DNA from: an uncultured Gemmatimonadaceae bacterium
GTDB lineage: Bacteria; Gemmatimonadota; Gemmatimonadetes; Gemmatimonadales; Gemmatimonadaceae
DNA: 64,000 bases
Reading direction: 5' to 3'
Assembly: GCA_963817955.1 (NCBI GenBank)
Contig: CAWFQK010000002.1
Span: 96,001-160,000, forward strand
In this document: one piece after another, positions 8,870 to 17,659 of the stretch
Numbering within the stretch: position 1 is the stretch's first letter
Layout: the number at the start of each line of letters is the position of its first letter
Notes under the pieces: generated by a model
The model's database searches: none
Told to the model about the DNA's origin: nothing
Seen by the model: only the letters and a program-made list of their open reading frames with translations
Translations under genes and position numbers: made by a program

Positions 8870-10354
8870 ATGTATCGATTCACAAAACGTGCACTGCTGA
8901 TCACAGGCCTCGGCCTGGCTGCGGTGACGACGCAATCGTGCGATGTGCACGGCATCAGCGACGCCGGAACGTTGTCGGCGATCGTCGTTTCGCCAAATCC
9001 GCAAAGCCTACAAGTCAACGCCACACAGCAATTCACCGCGGTAGGCACTGACTTCGCCGACGCCAAGGTCGCCATCTCGCCCGTGTGGTCGGTCGTGAGC
9101 GGCGGCGGCACGATCAGCGCGGCCGGGTTGTTCACCGCCGGCACCGTTCCAGGGACCTACGCGAGCACCGTCATGGCGACGAGCGGCAGCAAGACTGCGA
9201 CGGCGACCATCGTCGTCACGGTCGGGCCGCTCGCCACGATCGTCGTAACGCCGAATCCGGATTCGGTCTTACAAGGCGGCACGCAGCAGTTCGTCGCAGT
9301 CGGCAAGGACGCCGCCGGGAATGCCGTTCAGTTCACGCCGACCTGGTCGGTCGTGGCGAACGGCGGCTCGATCAGCGGCACCGGATTGTTCACTGCCGGC
9401 GCCAGCGCGGGCACGTTCACGAACACGATTCAGGCGAGCAACAGCTCGATCAAGGGCAACGCCACGGTCGTCGTGACGGTAGCGCCGGTAGTCGCAACAA
9501 TCACCGTGACACCAAACCCCGCAGTCATGCTGACCAGCGGGACCCAGCAGTTCGCTGCCGTGGCACGTGACGGCAGCGGCAATGTTCTTCCGCTGTCGCC
9601 GACGTGGGCAGTCGTCGCAGGCGGCGGGTCGATCAACGCGAGTTCCGGCGTGTTCACTGCCGGCAACGCGACAGGCACGTTCACCAATACAATTCGCGCC
9701 ACCGGCGGCGGCCAGACTGGCTTTGCCACTGTCACCATCAACTCGATCCCGGCCTCGCCGTTCATCGATCTGGGAAGCGCCGCAGTCAATGGCATCATGG
9801 CGGGCACCGCGGTTTCCTGCACTGGCTCGGCGTCGACGATCAACGCCAACGTCAGCATCAGCCCGGGGAGCACGATCACCGGACCCTGCACGATCACCGG
9901 CGTGACCCACCTGAACGATGCAACCGCGATCGCCGATCAGGTGGCGCTCACGGCGGCGTACAACATCGCGGCCGGCAAGGCGTGCGGCACGGCGATCACC
10001 ACCGACCTCGGTGGAACGACCATGGGCGCCGGCGTCTACTGCGGCGGCGCGCTGGGCGTGACGGGCCCCCTCACCTTGGACGGCGGCGGCGATCCGAATG
10101 CCACGTTCCTCTTCCAGGCCACGAGCTCGTTGACCGTTGCGGGTAGCGTGGTGCTGATCAATGGCGCGCAGGCGAAGAACGTGTACTGGCAGGTGGGCAG
10201 CTCCGCCACGCTCGGTACGGCGTCTTCGTTCAAGGGGAACATCCTTGCGCTCACCTCGGTCACGCTGGTGACCGGAACGACCCTCGAAGGCCGAGCGCTG
10301 GCGCGGAACGGTGCGGTCTCGGCCGGAACGGGCAGCGTCATCACACTGCCATAA
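8870..10354 (+). CDS. Ice-binding (DUF3494) lipoprotein with three Ig-like repeats
   Basis: TTQSC lipobox; three ~87-aa repeats (IxVxPNP...TQQFxAV); C-terminal GAQAKNVYWQVGSSATLGT...GNILALTSVTL...GRALARNGAV. Confidence 0.9.
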   Translation: MYRFTKRALLITGLGLAAVTTQSCDVHGISDAGTLSAIVVSPNPQSLQVNATQQFTAVGTDFADAKVAISPVWSVVSGGGTISAAGLFTAGTVPGTYASTVMATSGSKTATATIVVTVGPLATIVVTPNPDSVLQGGTQQFVAVGKDAAGNAVQFTPTWSVVANGGSISGTGLFTAGASAGTFTNTIQASNSSIKGNATVVVTVAPVVATITVTPNPAVMLTSGTQQFAAVARDGSGNVLPLSPTWAVVAGGGSINASSGVFTAGNATGTFTNTIRATGGGQTGFATVTINSIPASPFIDLGSAAVNGIMAGTAVSCTGSASTINANVSISPGSTITGPCTITGVTHLNDATAIADQVALTAAYNIAAGKACGTAITTDLGGTTMGAGVYCGGALGVTGPLTLDGGGDPNATFLFQATSSLTVAGSVVLINGAQAKNVYWQVGSSATLGTASSFKGNILALTSVTLVTGTTLEGRALARNGAVSAGTGSVITLP

Positions 10355-10366
10355 CGTTCGTGCGAC

Positions 10367-10400
10367 GCCGCGGTGGAGACCGGGCGGTCTCCACCGCGGC
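10367..10400 (+). terminator. 15-bp perfect hairpin between ice-binding and OmpA genes
   Basis: GCCGCGGTGGAGACC-gggc-GGTCTCCACCGCGGC; no U-tract, so possibly an mRNA stabiliser. Confidence 0.5.
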
Positions 10401-10439
10401 CACCGCCCCGACGCAATCACATTCGACAGAGAAATTCAC

Positions 10440-11513
10440 ATGTCATATACGATTCATAAGATTCCGGCCGTGAGCCTTGCGGCGTTGCTGTTCGCGGTGC
10501 CGGCCATGGCACAGCAGCGAGGCACGATCGAGTTTGGCGCGTTCGGCAGCGGCGCGTCGTTCGACAACAGTCTGAGCCTGAAGACCGGGTTTGGCGGCGG
10601 CGGCCGGGTCGGCGCGTTTCTCGATCCGCGCTGGTCGCTCGAGTTCGAGGACGCCGAGATGCGCGCCACGCGCCCCAACGGCCTGCTCGACGTCAACGTG
10701 GGCTTGTTGTCCAGCCGGATCGTCGCCGTACCGGTGAAGGCGGGTCGATTCTCGCTCCTGCTTGGGGTCGGCGGCGCCGTCTCCACGGAAACGAATTTCA
10801 TGCACAGCTACGGAGTCGACGGACTGGCCGGCGTCAAGCTCGCCTTGAGCAACAACGCGGCATTGCGCGTCGATGGCGTGTACGACTGGTTGGCCAACGA
10901 GAAGTGGAAGACGTATCGCAGCGTTCGCGTGGGCCTGAGTCTCTATCGTCGGCCGTCGCGCGAGACGATCACCCGCGTCGAGACGCGCACGGTGACGGCC
11001 GACGCCGCGCCGATGATGGTGCACGAGGATTCCGTGAGTGCTGGTGAGACCCGTCGCTTGCGCGACCGCGAGGCCGCCCTGCGTTCACTGCGCGACTCGC
11101 TGCGAAACAATTCACCCCACGTCGCGGCGCCGACCACGACGGCGCGGTCGATGGAAACGATGCAGGCCGCGATTCACTTCGCGTTCGACAAGGCCGTGCT
11201 TGCCGATTCGGCAAAGGTGATTCTGGACGACAAGATTCCGGTGTTCCGCGCGAACCCGGCGATGACGATCGTGATGGTCGGGTACACGGACATCAAGGGA
11301 ACTGACGCGTACAACATGGCGCTCGGCGAGCGGCGCGCCGAGGCGACGCGGGCGTACATCGTGGCGCAGGGCATCGACGCGGGCCGTGTGCTGCTCGAGT
11401 CAAAGGGCGAGCGAGCCCAACTTCCGAACTCGTCGGGTGCCGCCGGCGAGGCATCCAACCGCCGCGTGGTCTTCCGTCTGCTCATGACGCCTGACGTGAT
11501 CGTCAAGCCGTAG
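10440..11513 (+). CDS. OmpA-family outer membrane protein
   Basis: Signal peptide, beta-barrel-like N-half, OmpA_C motif GYTDIKGTDAYNMALGERRA...NRRV. Confidence 0.9.
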   Translation: MSYTIHKIPAVSLAALLFAVPAMAQQRGTIEFGAFGSGASFDNSLSLKTGFGGGGRVGAFLDPRWSLEFEDAEMRATRPNGLLDVNVGLLSSRIVAVPVKAGRFSLLLGVGGAVSTETNFMHSYGVDGLAGVKLALSNNAALRVDGVYDWLANEKWKTYRSVRVGLSLYRRPSRETITRVETRTVTADAAPMMVHEDSVSAGETRRLRDREAALRSLRDSLRNNSPHVAAPTTTARSMETMQAAIHFAFDKAVLADSAKVILDDKIPVFRANPAMTIVMVGYTDIKGTDAYNMALGERRAEATRAYIVAQGIDAGRVLLESKGERAQLPNSSGAAGEASNRRVVFRLLMTPDVIVKP

Positions 11514-11582
11514 TCGCCGTTCATCTGCGATGACGATGCGTCTCGGCATGAACTGGCATTAACCAATCGTGCTACGGGATGT

Positions 11583-11622
11583 GCGAAGGGGTGGGTGACG
11601 ACGCCGTCACCCACCCCTTCGC
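11583..11622 (+). terminator. 18-bp perfect hairpin after ompA
   Basis: GCGAAGGGGTGGGTGACG-acgc-CGTCACCCACCCCTTCGC. Confidence 0.55.
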
Positions 11623-11770
11623 GCCGCGCCGCGGGCCAACGCGTCATCGCACGATTGGAGTAGGTGAAAGATCACCCAGTGGGGCGATGGTTGCGCGATG
11701 CCGTGTCGGGTACTCTCCAGTTCGTAACCTGACTGCTGGGTACGACTTCTCGAATCCCGGAGGGATTCTC

Positions 11771-12190
11771 ATGTTGCTCCATCGTCTCGTCATCACCTCC
11801 CTGGTCGCCCTCTCCGCCACGGCGAATTGGGCGCCACTCGCCGCTCAAAGCGCGACGCAGGACACCACTGGGAGCAACGTGCGCGTCGTTTCCGCTCCGC
11901 CAAGTCCTTCCACGCCGTCGATCGAACTCACGAATGCACCGTCGATCGAGCGCACCGTATTCTTGGCTCCAGCCTGGACGCGCACACAGCCCGATGCGCG
12001 GCAGCTTGTTCCCACGGCGGCCGTGTCTCGAGCGGTTGAATCGTCCGCAGGCTCTCGCAGCCCCGCAATGATGATCGTGGGCGGCGCGGGGTTGATCGTG
12101 GGGGCGCTGATCGGCGGCCAAGCGGGAACGATCATCATGGTCGGCGGCGGCCTCGTCGGGCTCGTTGGCCTGTGGAACTACTTGAAGTGA
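11771..12190 (+). CDS. Secreted protein with C-terminal Gly-rich TM hairpin
   Basis: Signal peptide; MMIVGGAGLIVGALIGGQAGTIIMVGGGLVGLVGLW; GGAGG upstream. Confidence 0.65.
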   Translation: MLLHRLVITSLVALSATANWAPLAAQSATQDTTGSNVRVVSAPPSPSTPSIELTNAPSIERTVFLAPAWTRTQPDARQLVPTAAVSRAVESSAGSRSPAMMIVGGAGLIVGALIGGQAGTIIMVGGGLVGLVGLWNYLK

Positions 12191-12225
12191 CCAATCACAC
12201 TGTTTTGTCCGCGCGGCGGAACAAC

Positions 12226-13005
12226 ATGTTGAAATCCATTCGGACGAGTATGTTGGCGTTAGCGGCCGTTGCGTGCAGCACCGGCGCCGCGAAGGAAGTG
12301 ACGCAACAGGGTGCGAGCGCGGGGAGCCTGGCAGGGACTGAGAGTCTCACCGAAGGAACTCGGGCAAGCAGCGCGAGTCCCACGGCGGGGACTCGGGCGA
12401 AGAGCGCGAGTTCGACCGAGGGGAGCCGTGCAAGGAGCGCGAGTTCCAACGCGAGTTCCACCGCGAGTTCCACCGCGCGGACTCTCGCGGCCGGAACGCG
12501 GATCGACGCCACGACTCAGGATGCGTTGTCCTCGCGCATCAACCATTCGGGTGACGTAATGCGGGCCGTCATCGGCTCCGAGATGAAGGATTCGCGGGGT
12601 CGCGTCGTCGTTCCCGCAGGTTCGAACGTCACGCTCACCGTCGACCACATTGATCCCGGCAACGACCAGAATCAGCCGGATGGGCGACTGTCGCTCGTCG
12701 TCACTTCGGTCACCATCGACGGCCGGATCGTTCCCATCACTGCCCGTCTCGATCCGGTCGCGCATCAGATGATCGGCCGCGGCATCACGAAGGACGAGGC
12801 CGAGCGGATCGGCGCGGGCACGGCCATCGGCGCGCTTGCGGGGCGATTGATCGGCAAGAACACCAAGAGCACCGTAGTAGGCGGAGCAGTCGGCGCCGTC
12901 GCGGGAACAGCGGTGGCGGTGCGGTATGCCTACCGGGACATTGTCGTGCCCGCCGGTACGCCGATCACGTTCAGGCTGACGAAAGGGCTCGTGGCCGCAA
13001 AGTAA
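12226..13005 (+). CDS. Lipoprotein with Ser/Ala repeats and glycine-zipper C-terminus
   Basis: AAVAC lipobox; beta-rich domain (VPAGSNVTLTV); IGAGTAIGALAGRLIG...GGAVGAVAG. Confidence 0.7.
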   Translation: MLKSIRTSMLALAAVACSTGAAKEVTQQGASAGSLAGTESLTEGTRASSASPTAGTRAKSASSTEGSRARSASSNASSTASSTARTLAAGTRIDATTQDALSSRINHSGDVMRAVIGSEMKDSRGRVVVPAGSNVTLTVDHIDPGNDQNQPDGRLSLVVTSVTIDGRIVPITARLDPVAHQMIGRGITKDEAERIGAGTAIGALAGRLIGKNTKSTVVGGAVGAVAGTAVAVRYAYRDIVVPAGTPITFRLTKGLVAAK

Positions 13006-13113
13006 GACACCGCTGCGGGGCGCGGAACGGCAACTGGCCGGCAAGTTGGGGCCGGTGTATCTTTGGTGTTCGGATCCGCGCACACGGTGGTTGTACGCTG
13101 TACAAGGTGGCTG

Positions 13114-13782
13114 ATGACGTCGATGATTTCTCCTGGTGGCGATCGCACGATTAGGGTGGCGGTCGTCGACGACAATCGACTGGTGCGTGACGCATTGGCC
13201 AGGATGCTGAGCGTCGTTCCCGACCTGATCGTCGGTGCCGCGGCCGTCGCCGACCCGGCGTTCATGGAGCAAATGAGGCCGGATGTCGTGCTCCTCGACG
13301 TTGGATTGGCCGACGATGACAGCTTGAATGTGGCGACGGCGCTCGCGGAGAGGTTTCCGTCCGCGAAGATCATCGTGATGGATCTACTCCCGATGAGCGA
13401 CGACATCGTGCAGTTCGTCAATGCAGGTGTGTGCGGTTTCATGCTCAAGGACGCCACCTTCGACGAATTCGTCGCCACGATCCGGTGCGTTGCCGGCGGC
13501 GACAAAGTGTTGCCGGCCCGCATGACGCAGTCGCTCTTCTCGCAAATCGCACTGTTCGTCGACACGTCCGAACCCGCCCGGATCATTGACGAAGTGCGCA
13601 TGACCAAACGCGAGCGCGAGGTGATCGAGCTGATTGGCGATGGCTTGAGCAACAAGGAGATCGCGCAGCGGCTCAACATCGCGGCGCACACCGTGAAGAG
13701 CCACGTGCGGAACGTCATGGACAAACTGGCGCTTCACAGTCGCTTGCAGATCGCGGCGTACGTCCGTCGAGACGGAGCGTGA
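13114..13782 (+). CDS. NarL/LuxR-family response regulator
   Basis: VAVVDDNRL and VVLLDV receiver; MTKREREVIELIGDGLSNKEIAQRLNIAAHTVKSHV HTH. Confidence 0.92.
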   Translation: MTSMISPGGDRTIRVAVVDDNRLVRDALARMLSVVPDLIVGAAAVADPAFMEQMRPDVVLLDVGLADDDSLNVATALAERFPSAKIIVMDLLPMSDDIVQFVNAGVCGFMLKDATFDEFVATIRCVAGGDKVLPARMTQSLFSQIALFVDTSEPARIIDEVRMTKREREVIELIGDGLSNKEIAQRLNIAAHTVKSHVRNVMDKLALHSRLQIAAYVRRDGA

Positions 13783-13828
13783 CGACGTTTGGCTGGCTGA
13801 CGTTAGCCTCGAAAGCATCGCCAAGCGC

Positions 13829-14296
13829 TTATGGCCGAACCGGTGACACGTCGACGATTTCAAGCCAGTAGCGGCCGAGCACGTTCATCGCGTCGAGCAA
13901 CCCTGAGAACGTCACCGGTTTGGTGACGAAGGCATTCACTCCGAGCTGATAGCTCTCGACGACGTCCGCCTCGAGCCGCGACGTCGTGAGAATCATCAAG
14001 GGGATGTCGGCGAGGGCCGGGTCGCCCTTGATCCGCTCGAGCACCTCGCGCCCGTCCATCCGTAGCATCTCGAGATCGAGCAGAATCAGCCCCGGGCGCG
14101 GCGCGGCCCCCGTTTCGCCGGCGTACGCGCCGCGTTGGTGCAGATAGTCGAGCAGCTGCCCGCCATCCTCGACGAATCGGAGTTCGTTGACGATGTGCGC
14201 GCCCTCGAGCGCCTGCTGCATGAGCAGTCGGTCACCATCATCGTCGTCACAGATCAGAATCGTGATCGGGAACTTGTGCCTGTCCTGCATCAGCAT
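13829..14296 (-). CDS. Single-domain response regulator (Rcp1-like)
   Basis: ILICDDDDGD, PRPGLILLDLEM, ILTTS and FVTKPV. Confidence 0.88.
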   Translation of the reverse strand: MLMQDRHKFPITILICDDDDGDRLLMQQALEGAHIVNELRFVEDGGQLLDYLHQRGAYAGETGAAPRPGLILLDLEMLRMDGREVLERIKGDPALADIPLMILTTSRLEADVVESYQLGVNAFVTKPVTFSGLLDAMNVLGRYWLEIVDVSPVRP

Positions 14297-14526
14297 GGTA
14301 CGTACTCCGCGTCCGCGTGCGCGGCGGGCCCGGCCGACCCCGCATCGGCCTTCCCTTCGGTCTTCGCCGTGGCGGTATGAACGTCTGTGACATCGTGATC
14401 GCACATCATATGATGCAGCGTAGGATTCGCCGAAGGCCGGCGCAATCGCACGAACGGGCTAGGCCTCCCGCTCCTCACGCTCCTCACGCGATGGCGGGTT
14501 CGGCGCCGGCCGGATGGTGATACGTG

Positions 14527-15063
14527 TCACGGGAAAAGCTGCGCGACGGTGGCCGTCGGCAGGTACAGTCCTTGAGCCACGTCGGCGAAAGCGATAAAAC
14601 CGTACGGCTTGTAGAATCGCTCCGCGTCCTCGTCGAGCGCGTGAACGATGATGAGCGCACTTCCCACTTGTTGTGCAGCGACGTACGCACGCTTGATCGC
14701 GTCGAACAGAAGCATGCCGCCAACACCGCGTCCTTGCAGCGTCGTCGAGACCGCCAATCGCCCGATGAGCGTTCCCGAGATGACCCGGTGTTTCGAGATA
14801 CGGAGCTTCTTCACAATGTCCGACGGAATGGCTCCGAGCTCCACGCTCGTCGAGCTCAGCGAGTAGTAGCCTTGGATCGTTCGTTGATCCGTCTCATCGA
14901 TGAGAACGAACGTGATCGTCGAGAGTCCCTTCGCGTCGGGAGTGTCACGGTCGCGCAGATAGTTGTCGAGGGACGGCGTTCCGCACGTAAACGCCGCTCG
15001 ATCGTGATGCGATGCGAGCGGCGTCGTGATGAACTGCGAAGTTGGATTGGAAGGCGAGGTCAC
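14527..15063 (-). CDS. GNAT acetyltransferase toxin (TacT/AtaT-like)
   Basis: HDRAAFTCGTPSLDNYL, GYYSL, LIGRLAV...QGRGVG and FYKPYGF; downstream of DUF1778. Confidence 0.9.
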   Translation of the reverse strand: MTSPSNPTSQFITTPLASHHDRAAFTCGTPSLDNYLRDRDTPDAKGLSTITFVLIDETDQRTIQGYYSLSSTSVELGAIPSDIVKKLRISKHRVISGTLIGRLAVSTTLQGRGVGGMLLFDAIKRAYVAAQQVGSALIIVHALDEDAERFYKPYGFIAFADVAQGLYLPTATVAQLFP

Positions 15064-15081
15064 GAACGCGTTATGGCCGAC

Positions 15082-15471
15082 TCATCGTGCCAGTCCTCCA
15101 GCAGACCGCCGTTTGAGCTCGCGCGCGTGCGAAGCCGCCGCGCGCACCAGGGCTGCGTTGGGTTCGGGCGGAGAAAGCAACGCGCTGATCAACGCCTTCT
15201 GATCGCGCCTCGACAGACGAATGAGTCGCTGCCGACGAAGCACGGCTTTCGCTCGCGCACGCGCGGCTTGGATCACGAACGTCGATACGCTGACGCCTTG
15301 CATGCCGGCGACTTTCGCCAGAAGGACTTGATCGGCCGGCGTGATTCGCGCGTTCAATCGCTCGCTCCGCGCGAGACGCGGGCGATTCGCTTCCTCCTCA
15401 TGCACCTCGGCGACGTTGGAACTCCGCTTTGATGCCTTGCCTGTTGTCTTACGAATCGCGGCCTGCCGCAT
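15082..15471 (-). CDS. DUF1778 RHH antitoxin (TacA-like)
   Basis: RSERLNARIT...GVSVSTFVIQAA...IRLSRRDQKALISALLSPPEPNAAL. Confidence 0.88.
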   Translation of the reverse strand: MRQAAIRKTTGKASKRSSNVAEVHEEEANRPRLARSERLNARITPADQVLLAKVAGMQGVSVSTFVIQAARARAKAVLRRQRLIRLSRRDQKALISALLSPPEPNAALVRAAASHARELKRRSAGGLAR

Positions 15472-15516
15472 GGCGACCTCCAGAGGAAATGAGCCGAGAT
15501 CGGCCGACCCTGGAAA

Positions 15517-15537
15517 TGTACGTCAATTGTGAGTACA
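15517..15537 (-). promoter_or_regulatory. Palindromic operator of DUF1778-GNAT operon
   Basis: TGTAC-gtCAATTGtga-GTACA ~45 bp upstream of the antitoxin start. Confidence 0.55.
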
Positions 15538-15571
15538 CCTCAAGAAGGCATCCCGTTCCGGTCCACCATCC

Positions 15572-15632
15572 GTCGGCCATCGACGCCGAAGGCCGGAATT
15601 TCATCGCCGACATACGCGAAGGCGATCTGTGG
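15572..15632 (+). pseudogene. ~60-bp fragment resembling oxalate decarboxylase (bicupin)
   Basis: Reads SAIDAEGRNFIADIREGDLW, matching the recalled cupin segment ..VDxxGRxFIxDVxxGDLW; no flanking gene body. Confidence 0.5.
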
Positions 15633-15759
15633 ATCGCCTGCCCACGATGATTGAGTTCGCATCCAGCCCTGCTGGCTGTGCCGTACACCCATGGCGAAAC
15701 GATCATCTTCGGCATCATCGTTGCGATCCTCTGACACCACACGGCGGCATCCTCAGCAA

Positions 15760-16623
15760 ATGCATCTGACCGACGCGCAGACGAGCGCACTGGAAGCGAC
15801 GGCGAACGAGATTCGCCAGGCGATCATCGAGATGCTGCTCGCCGCCGGATCGGGCCACACCGCGGGTCCACTCGGCATGGCGGACGTGTTCACCGTGCTC
15901 TACTTCCACACCCTTCGCCACGATCCGAAGAATCCCACCTGGGAGGATCGCGACCGGCTCGTGCTGTCGAACGGTCACATCTGTCCCGTACTCTACGCCA
16001 CGATGGCGTTCGCCGGCTACTTCCCCAAGGAGGAGCTGAAGACGCTGCGCAAATTCGGCTCGCGCCTGCAAGGTCATCCACATCGCGAGTTCTTGCCGGC
16101 ACTCGAGACGAGTTCGGGTCCGCTCGGCGAAGGGCTCTCGCAGGCAGTCGGCATGGCGATCGCCGATCGAATGGATCACGCCGACGGCCGCCGACGCATC
16201 TATTGCCTCATGTCCGACGGCGAGCTCGAGGAAGGCCAAACGTGGGAGGCAGCGATGCTCGCCGGCAAACATGCCCTGCACAACCTCGTCGCGCTCATCG
16301 ACCGGAACAACATTCAGATAGACGGCTTCACCGAACACGTCATGCCGCTCGAGCCACTCGCCGACAAGTGGCGCGCGTGGAACTGGCACGTGCTCGAGAT
16401 CGACGGTCACGACATGCAAGCGATCACCGCAGCCTTCGATGAGGCGAAGAGCATCTTTGAAAAGCCGACAGTCATCATCGCGCACACGATTCCGGGTAAA
16501 GGGGTCGCGGAATTCGAGCGCGACTTCCACTGGCATGGCAAGCCGCCGGACGCCGAGCTCGGGGCCACCGCGCTACGCGAATTGCGCTCGCTCGGCGGCG
16601 CCATCCGCAGTGAAGCCGACTAG
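15760..16623 (+). CDS. Transketolase, N-terminal subunit
   Basis: GSGHTAG, DRLVLSNGH, LQGHP, SGPLGEGL and TPP motif SDGELEEGQTWEA...DRNN. Confidence 0.93.
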   Translation: MHLTDAQTSALEATANEIRQAIIEMLLAAGSGHTAGPLGMADVFTVLYFHTLRHDPKNPTWEDRDRLVLSNGHICPVLYATMAFAGYFPKEELKTLRKFGSRLQGHPHREFLPALETSSGPLGEGLSQAVGMAIADRMDHADGRRRIYCLMSDGELEEGQTWEAAMLAGKHALHNLVALIDRNNIQIDGFTEHVMPLEPLADKWRAWNWHVLEIDGHDMQAITAAFDEAKSIFEKPTVIIAHTIPGKGVAEFERDFHWHGKPPDAELGATALRELRSLGGAIRSEAD

Positions 16624-16656
16624 CGGCGCCGTCGCCGACGCGCCGTCTTCGTCATC

Positions 16657-17646
16657 ATGCTCGACCCAGCCCAACACCTGAATCCGAAGATCTTCGACGT
16701 CGACGTCGAACAGGTCGCGATTCGTCACGGTTTCGGCGAAGGTCTCGTGCTCGCCGGCGAAGCCGACGCGCGCGTCGTCGTGCTCTCCGGCGATCTCACC
16801 GACAGCGCCAAGGCGGAAGCGTTCAAGAAGAGGTTTCCCGATCGCTTCGTCGAGCTGGGGGTCGCGGAGCAGAACATGGCGTCGGTGGCGAGCGGCATGG
16901 CCGCCATGGGGAAGATTCCATTCATCACCTCGTACGCGATGTTCAGCCCGGGACGCAACTGGGAACAGGTGCGTACGACGATCGCGTACAACAATCGTCC
17001 GGTGAAGATCGCGGGCTCGCACGCGGGCGTGTCCGTCGGACCGGATGGCGGCACGCATCAGGCCATTGAGGACATCGCGATCACGCGCGTGGTGCCGCGC
17101 ATCATGGTGATCTGCCCGTGCGACGCCATCGAGGCGCGCAAGGCGACGGTCGCCGCCGTGTCGACCGGCACTCCGGTGTACCTCCGGCTCGCGCGCGAGA
17201 AGACGCCGGTGATCACGACCGACGATTCACCGTTCGAGATCGGGCGCGCACAGGTGATCTGGAGGTCCGATGCACCGCGGGCAGGACTCATCGCCACGGG
17301 CGCGCTGCTGCACAATGCGCTGCTCGCCGCCCGTACACTGAGCGAACACGGCATCGATGTGGATGTGATGAACCTCTCGACGATCAAGCCGCTCGACGAG
17401 GAAGCGATCGTCGCGTTCGCGCGTCGCACGCGCCGCATCGTATCGGTCGAGGAACATCAGATCCGCGGCGGCATGGGCTCGGCCGTCGCGGAATGTCTTG
17501 CGAAGCACCATCCCGTGCCGATGCACTTCATTGGCGTCGACGATCAATTCGGCCAGTCGGGAACGCCGGAAGAGCTCATCGAGCATTACGGCATGGGGCG
17601 TGCGGCGATCGTACGCGCCGTCACCACGATGTCCCGCGCCAGCTGA
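16657..17646 (+). CDS. Transketolase, C-terminal subunit
   Basis: GVAEQNM, VGPDGGTHQAIED, YLRLAR, TIKPLD and VEEHQIRGGMGSAV. Confidence 0.93.
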   Translation: MLDPAQHLNPKIFDVDVEQVAIRHGFGEGLVLAGEADARVVVLSGDLTDSAKAEAFKKRFPDRFVELGVAEQNMASVASGMAAMGKIPFITSYAMFSPGRNWEQVRTTIAYNNRPVKIAGSHAGVSVGPDGGTHQAIEDIAITRVVPRIMVICPCDAIEARKATVAAVSTGTPVYLRLAREKTPVITTDDSPFEIGRAQVIWRSDAPRAGLIATGALLHNALLAARTLSEHGIDVDVMNLSTIKPLDEEAIVAFARRTRRIVSVEEHQIRGGMGSAVAECLAKHHPVPMHFIGVDDQFGQSGTPEELIEHYGMGRAAIVRAVTTMSRAS

Positions 17647-17659
17647 ACGCTTCTCGCTC

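Noticed and set aside
8630..11690. Shared CACCCAG motif upstream of 8870 and 11771 as a LuxR box
   Set aside because: Only 7 nt in common; too weak to support.
12340..12480. 33-bp and 12-bp repeats in the lipoprotein gene
   Set aside because: Ordinary low-complexity Ser/Ala linker coding.
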